The position numbers and the translations under genes are program-made. DNA of 24,444 nucleotides from a virus (Duplodnaviria > Caudoviricetes): the IMG/VR virus record IMGVR_UViG_3300002484_000035, positions 1 through 24,444 of that record; one strand, 5' to 3'. Positions 1 through 7,267 of this stretch are shown piece after piece; position 1 is the stretch's first letter; each line of letters opens with the position of its first letter. Below the pieces are notes generated by a model. It was given only the letters and a program-made list of their open reading frames with translations, made no database searches and was not told where the DNA came from.

Positions 1-273
1 GCAAATACTGCAACTAAGGGTCACTATGCCACCTTACCAACAGTTCCTTATAATTGTAGTAATTTTATAGGTATTGCAAATTCAGCAATTTCTGATGATG
101 CCACTGGTACAGTAACAAGTGGTGGAACCGGAACAAATCAAAGTAGTTTAACTGTTGGCTCTCAGTACTATCTTGATGCTGGAGGAACTTTAACAACAAC
201 TTCTGGTGGAACACCTGTAGGTAGAGCCTTGTCAGCAACTACAATATTAGTAAATGCACCAGTTAAACAATAG
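1..273 (+). CDS. 3' end (partial) of a virion protein, probably a capsid decoration/head-fibre or fibre protein with a C-terminal beta-tulip/cement-like domain
   Basis: Frame 1 is open from base 1 to TAG at 271-273: ANTATKGHYATLPTVPYNCSNFIGIANSAISDDATGTVTSGGTGTNQSSLTVGSQYYLDAGGTLTTTSGGTPVGRALSATTILVNAPVKQ. The FIGIA...LTxGxxYY...GxL.....GxALSxT pattern resembles capsid cement/fibre anchoring domains. It is absent from the ORF track because the start lies upstream. Confidence 0.6.
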   Translation, partial: ANTATKGHYATLPTVPYNCSNFIGIANSAISDDATGTVTSGGTGTNQSSLTVGSQYYLDAGGTLTTTSGGTPVGRALSATTILVNAPVKQ

Positions 274-282
274 GAGAGATAA

Positions 283-552
283 ATGAGTAAAATAATAATT
301 TCATCAGGAATAACAGGCGAAACCAAAAGAGTAAAATACGTTTATGCAGACGATAAAACATTAACTGTTACATCTGAAGACATAACAGTAGGAGACCCAC
401 CAGAGTTAATAATTGGGGACTTACATAGTGGGAATTCTACTATAGTTGAAAGTGTTAGTAATGTTCCGGGAGATTACTATGGAGACAAGTATGACTATGA
501 TGGTGGTACTTGGACTAAAAGAGATGATTGGGACGATGATTGGGAAGGATAA
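283..552 (+). CDS. Small acidic phage protein, possibly a fibre-associated or assembly protein
   Basis: SD AGGAG upstream, 89 aa, follows a fibre-like gene. The C-terminal YYGDKYDYDGGTW aromatic motif is typical of small fibre-adjacent phage proteins. Confidence 0.5.
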   Translation: MSKIIISSGITGETKRVKYVYADDKTLTVTSEDITVGDPPELIIGDLHSGNSTIVESVSNVPGDYYGDKYDYDGGTWTKRDDWDDDWEG

Positions 553-558
553 AAAAAA

Positions 559-568
559 TAGTATAATA
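559..568 (+). promoter_or_regulatory. Putative -10 box (TAGTATAATA) of a structural-gene promoter
   Basis: TATAAT at 562-567 in an intergenic gap. The same GTATAATA core occurs at 2498 and 6698. It is followed by a CCCTTT-N5-AAAGGG hairpin (576-592) and the SD AGGAG. Confidence 0.5.
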
Positions 569-617
569 ATAAAGACCCTTTATTAAAAAGGGATAAAGAA
601 TATAGGAGCAAAGAAAA

Positions 618-920
618 ATGGCAGATATTAATGTAGAAAATGATTTACAAATGGTTGCAGATAAAATAAAAACATTATCTGAAGACTTAGTAAAAATTGA
701 GAATGCTAGAAATAATTTAATTACAAACATACAGAATTTAAATGGTGTAGTTATGTATCTAAGAGGTAAACAAGAACCCTCTGAAGATGTAGCAGAAAAC
801 ATTGTGGGTTCAGAAAACACTGATATTGAAGTTGAGGGTGGGGAAAATATTCCACCAGAAGTTGTAGCACAAGCTAAAGAAGTAATCAAAAATAAACTAG
901 GGGATGAAAAAGACTCCTAG
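618..920 (+). CDS. Hypothetical protein with an N-terminal coiled coil and acidic C-terminus
   Basis: SD AGGAG, 100 aa, heptad pattern LQMVADKIKTLSEDLVKIENARNNL. Confidence 0.6.
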   Translation: MADINVENDLQMVADKIKTLSEDLVKIENARNNLITNIQNLNGVVMYLRGKQEPSEDVAENIVGSENTDIEVEGGENIPPEVVAQAKEVIKNKLGDEKDS

Positions 921-930
921 GGGGTAATAA

Positions 931-2064
931 ATGGCAACAACTGCAGGAGCAGTATTTGATAAAGTGTTCAATTGGGATGGTGTAGGAACATCGAGTGGTG
1001 ACTATACTGACGTAACTCTGGAAGCACAATCTCCAGCGGGAACTTCATTTACCCTTTTGAATAGTAGTGCTCACTATATATATTTAGGACACGCCTCCAA
1101 GTTTGATATGGCTATTTTTGATGTAGATACTGCTGGAAGTTTGGGTGCCTTAACATGGGAATACCGCACTAGTTCTGATACTTGGGAGTCCTTTATTCCA
1201 GCTTCAGGTAGATATGAGTTAGACCCAGATGATAACGAGGGGGTACAATATGATTTTTCTAAAGACGGGGCAGAAATATTTCCTCCGAATATATTAAGTG
1301 ATTGGGCAACATTAACAATAAATAGTGCTAATTTATATTGGGTTAGAGTTACTGCTGCTAGTGTTACTACGGCTCCCACAATAAAAAGAATACAAATGAG
1401 ACCGTATTCAGCTTACTGTACGACTAAGGATGTTTATGAGATGATGCAACTTAAAAATGTTCTCAGTGGTACTGACTTTACTACTTCTACAGTTCCGAGT
1501 AAAGCAACTGTAGAACAATATATAATGGAAGCACAGTCTTATATAGATATGCAATCTAGAAAGTCTTGGAGACCCAACTATGTGTCTAATGAATACCAAC
1601 AATTTAATTTAAATGGATTCCATTTGGATAAACCAGATGCCTATAAAATATTAGATTTACAAATATGGAATGGTGCTAACTGGGATTCAAAAAGACAAGG
1701 TAGAACAAAAGATTACTTCTTAGTCCCCGATACAAATATGGTGCAATTTTCAAGATACTTTCTACTACCCGCAAGATTTACTTCTTATAATGCTCCAGTT
1801 TGGAGATGGGGTGGTGGAGAATTTACCATGCCTGTGAAGGTAACCTATTTACATGGTAGAGATATTCAAACTGACGTAAGACAGGGTGGTATAGTAACAG
1901 ACATAACAAAAAAACTGGCTGCCATGGACATTGCTAGAAGTGCTGATTTTGGGGGGCTGGTGGTAAGTGGTATGGATAGATTTGATATTGGTAGTAGAAT
2001 TCAATCATGGCAAAGTGAAATTGAAACCAATTTAGATAGTATGCGTGCTTTTGAGGTGTTTTAA
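931..2064 (+). CDS. Head-tail connector/adaptor (HK97 gp6/SPP1 gp15-like) with an extra N-terminal beta-rich domain
   Basis: From about 1414 it shows the connector pattern YCTTKDV...PSKATVEQYIMEAQSYID, then VKVTYLHG and a C-terminal helix. The first ~160 aa are a separate aromatic beta-rich domain. It lies directly upstream of the tail genes. Confidence 0.7.
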   Translation: MATTAGAVFDKVFNWDGVGTSSGDYTDVTLEAQSPAGTSFTLLNSSAHYIYLGHASKFDMAIFDVDTAGSLGALTWEYRTSSDTWESFIPASGRYELDPDDNEGVQYDFSKDGAEIFPPNILSDWATLTINSANLYWVRVTAASVTTAPTIKRIQMRPYSAYCTTKDVYEMMQLKNVLSGTDFTTSTVPSKATVEQYIMEAQSYIDMQSRKSWRPNYVSNEYQQFNLNGFHLDKPDAYKILDLQIWNGANWDSKRQGRTKDYFLVPDTNMVQFSRYFLLPARFTSYNAPVWRWGGGEFTMPVKVTYLHGRDIQTDVRQGGIVTDITKKLAAMDIARSADFGGLVVSGMDRFDIGSRIQSWQSEIETNLDSMRAFEVF

Positions 2065-2498
2065 TGCCTGAACCAATAGCAATAGATGACATAATGACTG
2101 ACATAAATAGTCAGTGGAATGCAAGTAATGTAACCAAACCAACCCTAACTACAGTAAATGGTGCCAACCAACCCTTTAGATTTGATTTAAATGTTGGAGA
2201 CCATTTGATAGGTAGAACAGGAAGTCCAGCTGTTCAAGAGATGCCTATAGGAAACAGAAAGTATGGGAACAGATTATATTCTATAGAAATAGAATTATAT
2301 ACATTGACCAGCAGGCAAAGATTATTTGATTTAATGAGGGAAGTTAGAAGAATTTCTCATGCTCGAATGCATTCTTTGACTAATTTTCAAAGGCAGCAAT
2401 TTATGTCTTTCAATGAAGAAGTAGGTGAGCAAGCTAACATCTGGACGGGCACTTTAGAGATTCAATTAGAGAACAACGGAATTTTATTAGAAACTTAG
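2064..2498 (+). CDS. Tail terminator/tail completion protein
   Basis: 144 aa, located between connector and tail tube, TAATG overlap with the previous gene. The alpha/beta pattern YSIEIELYT...RQRLFDLMREVRRI...WTGTLEIQL fits this family. Confidence 0.6.
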   Translation: MPEPIAIDDIMTDINSQWNASNVTKPTLTTVNGANQPFRFDLNVGDHLIGRTGSPAVQEMPIGNRKYGNRLYSIEIELYTLTSRQRLFDLMREVRRISHARMHSLTNFQRQQFMSFNEEVGEQANIWTGTLEIQLENNGILLET

Positions 2499-2515
2499 TA
2501 TAATAAATTATACTA
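2496..2515. promoter_or_regulatory. Palindromic -10 box/operator upstream of the tail tube gene
   Basis: Perfect 9-bp inverted repeat TAGTATAAT-AA-ATTATACTA containing TATAAT (2499-2504). Confidence 0.5.
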
Positions 2516-2539
2516 CATAAATTATGGAGTAATTTTAAC

Positions 2540-4615
2540 ATGGCAATATATCGAAGCGACCAAGCACAACTTACATTTGCGGCAGAAACTGCACAAGGGG
2601 GAGACCCCGAGATGATGGAGGGGACTTTAGCACGTACTCCTACAGCAACATTAGGAGCAGCCGCTGCAGCAGGTAGTAGAACTATAACCCTAAACGCAGA
2701 ATTTAATGTTCTTAATACAGCAGCATCAGCAGCAGTGTTATGTTTCGGAGATACAACTGATGATGCTGCAGATACAGCTATCTCATTTGATAATGGTAGT
2801 ACTGGTGACCCTGAATTATATATAGGGCAGGTTTTACAAGTAGGTAGTGAAAGCATGCAAGTTACTGCTATAGGTGGGACAAGTAACAGAGATGCAACTG
2901 TCGTTAGGGGATTTGAAGGTAGTACTGCTGCTGCTGACCATGTTGATAATGCCGCAGTCAAATCAAGATTTACTCCCGGAGATATAATTAGGATAGGGAC
3001 TATTGCTGGTACAGCTGGAGATACAGTAGTACCTCATGAAGTACGTAGAGTTGAGAGTCAATCTGGGACAGCACTTGTTTTAGACAGGCCTCTAGCTTTT
3101 GCACATGCAAGTGGACAAACTGTACTATGTATTTCTGCTATTGGTGAAGTAGACTCTGCTCATGGTATTAGGAATGATAATGATAAATATATTACATTTA
3201 TTCCGGGGGTTTACGAGACAGTAGATACACCGGACCCAGAGATGAGTATTGAAGGAAGAAGATTCCTTAGTACACAATCTAAAAGAAACTGGTCTGCAGC
3301 CTACCCCGGACAACAGTCATTAACTGGTTCAGTTAGTGGGATTACTTTATTAAATGGGTGGCCACTAAGATTCCCAATTGGAACTGTAACAACTGTTCCA
3401 TCAACTGTCGTTACTGATACTATACTTTTATCCGCAGCTGCGAGTAAGGGGGATGTTTATGTTGCTTGTGACAATGGTAGTGGTGGTGCTGCTTCTACCT
3501 TAGCAGCCGGAGATTATATTCAAATAGTTGAAGCTGATGGTACTAATTCAGAAGTTAGACGAATATTAAAAGATACTAGTGATACTTTTAAATTAAATTA
3601 CCCATTACATTTTGACCATGCAAATAATGCTGTAGTAAATGAGGTTACTCATAGTGCTAGTATATATTATGAACACACAATAACTGAAGCAACTAGTCTT
3701 GATACTGTATCATGGCATGTCCATATGAAAGATAGTTCTGAAACTACAACTAGGAACTTTGACAGAAGATATGTAGGAGGAATGATAGGTTCATCTACAA
3801 TATCTGCTGAAGAAGGTGGAATGGTGGCTATGTCGTGGGATAGTGTAAATTTCCTTAACATGGTGCATAACCAACAAAACCAAAAAACTGTTGGTGGTAC
3901 TGCTTTAGGAGATGATTATGTAGGTGCTAGCGTTGCCGCTAACCTACCTAGATTTGGGCTAATGCACGCTATTGACCATGATGACATAGGTATGCCAAGT
4001 CACAATGGAGCAGCTCTTAATGATGGTACTGGATATCCAACTACTTCTCCATATTATTTCTCAGAGGGAACTATAAAATTCTTTGGACAAGAGTTTGCTA
4101 GAATTAGAAGTTTTTCAATATCTATTTCAAATGGTGAAGAGGCAAGATATTATATTGGTAAACAAGGACGAAGAGCAAGAGGTCCTTATGAAATAAGAGA
4201 AGGTGCTAGGGAATATGGTATGTCTGCAACAGTTGCATTACCAGATGCAGATGTTACAGCAGCAGCAACAGCTGCTAATGCAGACCAAGGTGGGGCCTTA
4301 GAACTATTTAGACAATTACTATTAGAAGGTGATTATGGTGCCGGTGGTGGAAGTATATACAGAAGAGGTATGACAGCTACGCTGAAGTTTGAAAGAGGTA
4401 CAAATGATTATATAATAATAGACATACCTACATCAACTACAGCTGGTTCCCCGACAGAGGGCACAGATAATACAAATCAATTAAATAAACAAGGTATTTT
4501 TATAAATAGTGCTGCACACGACATAACGGGTGACCAACAGCTAGAAGTAGATTTAGATATGTTGTTTAGGAGTTTAAAGATAACAATAAGAGACAATGTA
4601 CCTGTATATCCATAA
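2540..4615 (+). CDS. Major tail tube protein with three inserted beta domains
   Basis: The N-terminal QLTFAAETAQGGDP and the C-terminal PYYFSEGTIKF...RIRSFSISISNG...YYIG...EGAREYGMSATV match siphovirus tail tube proteins. It precedes the chaperones and tape measure. The 691-aa length is explained by insertions. Confidence 0.75.
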   Translation: MAIYRSDQAQLTFAAETAQGGDPEMMEGTLARTPTATLGAAAAAGSRTITLNAEFNVLNTAASAAVLCFGDTTDDAADTAISFDNGSTGDPELYIGQVLQVGSESMQVTAIGGTSNRDATVVRGFEGSTAAADHVDNAAVKSRFTPGDIIRIGTIAGTAGDTVVPHEVRRVESQSGTALVLDRPLAFAHASGQTVLCISAIGEVDSAHGIRNDNDKYITFIPGVYETVDTPDPEMSIEGRRFLSTQSKRNWSAAYPGQQSLTGSVSGITLLNGWPLRFPIGTVTTVPSTVVTDTILLSAAASKGDVYVACDNGSGGAASTLAAGDYIQIVEADGTNSEVRRILKDTSDTFKLNYPLHFDHANNAVVNEVTHSASIYYEHTITEATSLDTVSWHVHMKDSSETTTRNFDRRYVGGMIGSSTISAEEGGMVAMSWDSVNFLNMVHNQQNQKTVGGTALGDDYVGASVAANLPRFGLMHAIDHDDIGMPSHNGAALNDGTGYPTTSPYYFSEGTIKFFGQEFARIRSFSISISNGEEARYYIGKQGRRARGPYEIREGAREYGMSATVALPDADVTAAATAANADQGGALELFRQLLLEGDYGAGGGSIYRRGMTATLKFERGTNDYIIIDIPTSTTAGSPTEGTDNTNQLNKQGIFINSAAHDITGDQQLEVDLDMLFRSLKITIRDNVPVYP

Positions 4616-4640
4616 AAATAAATAAGTAAAGGAGATAAAT

Positions 4641-5015
4641 ATGGCACAGCAAAGCAAAGCGTTTGACCACACTAAGTATACGGTTGAACCAACAGTAGAA
4701 AGAAAGAAAGTGGTTATTGAACAGACTGGGGATGAATTTGAAGTTTCTGTAAAAACTCTATCATGGAGTCGCAGAAACCAACTTGTATCCCGATGTTTAA
4801 CGGTAACTAACGATGGAAAATCTTCTTTTGATGGGGATAAGTATATTAGGGAATGTTTAAAGGAAATCATTGTAGAAGCTCCATGGGGAGCGACTACAGA
4901 AGCCTTTTTAGTTTCTATCGACGACAGACTAGGTACAGCATTGGAAAAAATTGTACCAAATGCTTTCGGAGATAAAGGGGGGCAAACACCTGATGAAATA
5001 AAAAAAGAGTCTTAG
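4641..5015 (+). CDS. Tail assembly chaperone (lambda gpG analogue)
   Basis: SD AAGGAG, 124 aa, between tail tube and tape measure. It ends in a slippery A7 run (5000-5006). Confidence 0.8.
   Translation: MAQQSKAFDHTKYTVEPTVERKKVVIEQTGDEFEVSVKTLSWSRRNQLVSRCLTVTNDGKSSFDGDKYIRECLKEIIVEAPWGATTEAFLVSIDDRLGTALEKIVPNAFGDKGGQTPDEIKKES
5000..5006 (+). other. Programmed -1 ribosomal frameshift site A AAA AAA
   Basis: X XXY YYZ heptamer in the correct phase two codons before the TAG. The -1 frame is open from here into ORF 5054-5245. Confidence 0.8.
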
Positions 5016-5245
5016 TTTTTCTAAAGGGGTTACCTGTTGATAAAAGTGAGCATATGGTTTTCAGTTATTGGCTTACTATTATGCAGTTATTAAAAACAGG
5101 TTTGTCTTGGGAAGCTATTACAAATTTCACAGATGAAGAACTTTATATGGTTATGGGAGTAGAAATGGCAATATCACAAAAACAAAATGAAGCTCAGGTA
5201 CAAGCAAATGCTAGAAGCTTCAAAGGGCCCAAAGGAGGATTTTAA
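5006..5245 (+). CDS. Tail assembly chaperone extension (gpT part of a G-T fusion, about 201 aa in total)
   Basis: The -1 frame reads RVLVFLKGLPVDKSEHMVFSYWLTIMQLLKTGLSWEAITNFTDEELY... with no stop until 5243-5245. The GLSWEAITNF pattern resembles gpT-like domains. Confidence 0.75.
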   Translation, partial: RVLVFLKGLPVDKSEHMVFSYWLTIMQLLKTGLSWEAITNFTDEELYMVMGVEMAISQKQNEAQVQANARSFKGPKGGF

Positions 5246-6676
5246 ATGCTGAGTATTATAACTTTAGGTGGATTAGGTCTTACCACATCACTAATGGCGG
5301 GAGGTGCTTCATTAGCAATGGGAGGTGCAAACCTTGCTATGGGTGCCGCCGGACTTGGACTGGGTGCCGCTAATCTTGCTGGGAAAGGTGTTCTAGGGAC
5401 TGTGAAACTTGCTAAAGATTCTATACAATCAATAGGTCTTGGAAGTGGTGGTTCTCAGGCTCGAAAGAGAATGATGGAACGGGGACTTATTGAAAGTGGT
5501 GTAAAGAGAACCAAACAACTTAAACAAATGGCAGGTAGGGCAGCAGGCATGCTTGGTGTTAACCTGAGTCTTGCATCTCTTTTAAAACAATCACAGATAT
5601 TTACTGGTGTTTTTGGTACGGTATTCCAAATTTTAGGTGCTTTTATTGATGTTATGCTTATTCCACTTATGCCTACCATCAAATGGATGTTGAATGGACT
5701 GATAGATTTTCTTCCCCATATTCAAGCAAAAGCCGATTCATTTGACAAATATAATAAAATGATACAAAATTTTATTGTTACAACTTGGAATAATCTCAAA
5801 GCTTATTTTAGTGATATAATGGCGAAGTCAGACGGTTGGTGGGGAAGTGGTGGATTTTTCGCAACTTTAATTAAGGACATATTTTATGAACACATTAAGC
5901 CATGGTGGCATGACCACGCTTGGCCTGCCATAGAAGGCTTCCTCAGAATGATAGCAGAGAAAGCAGGGTGGTTAACAGCGGCGGATAATGAACTCTCCAG
6001 AATGGCAGCCGCCTTTGGACGTAAACAAACGGGTGCATATTTTAAAAGAGAATCTCTCCCCCAATTTGAGCCGGGTTCGGGGCAAAGGGACGAATTTGAT
6101 GAACATGGAATCCCAGAAGGATATAAGGGTGGGCCGGGTGCAGCTGGACCCGGAATGTTCGACATTCCTACCCCACACGAATCATTTGAATCTATGGAAA
6201 GGAATATTGAAGCCGCCATGGGTAATATTTTAAAACAACCCGCCCAGTGGGCGAGCGAGATAAATCCCTTCAAATCGGACCTTCCAATAATACAGTCTGA
6301 AGCGGAAAAAAATTTAGAAGCACTGGAAAATGCGGTACAACGAGAGATGATGCACACGGCTACAAATCAAGCACTCAAAGACTATCTAGGACTAATGGGA
6401 ACCACAGGAAGTATCTGGGGCATTGGTCAAGTGGTGCAATCAGGGAACGGAGTCACACCCCTTCCCCCTAAGAATCCTCCAATTACTGACTTCTCAGAAA
6501 TGATTACACTAGGGGCTGTTGCGGGGGCAAGAAATCGGGCAGCTGCTGAGGCCGTAGTCAAGACGGTAAATGAAGTCTACAAGGAAAATGTTCGTGCTGA
6601 ATATGCAGATGAACGAGCTGCGTATGAGGATGAGATATACTTTCAAGAAATGATGATGGGATTTGGAAGAGGCTAA
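5246..6676 (+). CDS. Tape measure protein (short, 476 aa)
   Basis: Directly follows the G/GT chaperones, SD GGAGG. It has helical G/A/L-rich segments, a hydrophobic stretch IFTGVFGTVFQILGAFIDVMLIPLMP and periodic W/F residues. Confidence 0.75.
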   Translation: MLSIITLGGLGLTTSLMAGGASLAMGGANLAMGAAGLGLGAANLAGKGVLGTVKLAKDSIQSIGLGSGGSQARKRMMERGLIESGVKRTKQLKQMAGRAAGMLGVNLSLASLLKQSQIFTGVFGTVFQILGAFIDVMLIPLMPTIKWMLNGLIDFLPHIQAKADSFDKYNKMIQNFIVTTWNNLKAYFSDIMAKSDGWWGSGGFFATLIKDIFYEHIKPWWHDHAWPAIEGFLRMIAEKAGWLTAADNELSRMAAAFGRKQTGAYFKRESLPQFEPGSGQRDEFDEHGIPEGYKGGPGAAGPGMFDIPTPHESFESMERNIEAAMGNILKQPAQWASEINPFKSDLPIIQSEAEKNLEALENAVQREMMHTATNQALKDYLGLMGTTGSIWGIGQVVQSGNGVTPLPPKNPPITDFSEMITLGAVAGARNRAAAEAVVKTVNEVYKENVRAEYADERAAYEDEIYFQEMMMGFGRG

Positions 6677-6696
6677 TCGTAAATCTTTCTAGTCTG

Positions 6697-6716
6697 GGTA
6701 TAATATAATATATACC
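6697..6716 (+). promoter_or_regulatory. Putative promoter with tandem TATAAT upstream of the distal tail gene
   Basis: TATAAT at 6699 and 6704 inside GGTATA-N8-TATACC, followed by SD GGAGG. Confidence 0.45.
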
Positions 6717-6730
6717 TTGGAGGAATTTAA

Positions 6731-7267
6731 ATGGCAGATGAGCTATCAGTTTTATTAAGAGATAATACCCACGCTACCGCTACTGTTAGATTAGCATTAA
6801 AAGTTGACCAATTAGCATTATCTTTTTCAAGAACCCCTATACATATAGCATTACCTAGAAGTAATCCAGAAATATTTGATTTAGGTACAACTAGACCATC
6901 TATTACAATTTCAGGACTTGTAGATAATATTGGGCAGGACACAACCAACACAGATTCGACTACATTTAAAGGTATGCAGAAAATTTCACACACTATTTCT
7001 GGTAGTACCCAAACTTATTATGTCCCATATAAAAACTATTTAGAAGAAAGACTTGTTACATGGGTTACAGATGATTCACTCGATGTACAAATTGAAATTG
7101 GGGATGCTACCACACCTGAAAACACTGCTGGTGCCCTTTCCACGGGGGGTGGTATTTATAGGGTAGCTGTACAACAATTTCAATTTAACCAAACCCCCGG
7201 ATTAGAAGATAGGTGGGCATTTAATATAGCCTTTGTTGCGAAATTTAGGGTGGGAGTAAGTTTCTAA
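6731..7267 (+). CDS. Distal tail protein (Dit-like)/minor tail protein
   Basis: Immediately follows the tape measure, 178 aa. The pattern PEIFDLG...SITISG...YRVAVQQFQF...WAFNIAF fits the tube/Dit fold. Confidence 0.6.
   Translation: MADELSVLLRDNTHATATVRLALKVDQLALSFSRTPIHIALPRSNPEIFDLGTTRPSITISGLVDNIGQDTTNTDSTTFKGMQKISHTISGSTQTYYVPYKNYLEERLVTWVTDDSLDVQIEIGDATTPENTAGALSTGGGIYRVAVQQFQFNQTPGLEDRWAFNIAFVAKFRVGVSF

Noticed and set aside
576-592. Intrinsic terminator CCCTTT-ATTAA-AAAGGG
   Set aside because: The stem is only 6 bp with no downstream U-tract, and it lies just after a -10 box, so a leader hairpin or chance is more likely.
2540-4615. Contractile tail sheath, suggested by size
   Set aside because: The core motifs are tube-like, the gene is directly followed by G/GT chaperones and the tape measure, no separate tube or baseplate wedge genes are present, and insertions explain the length.
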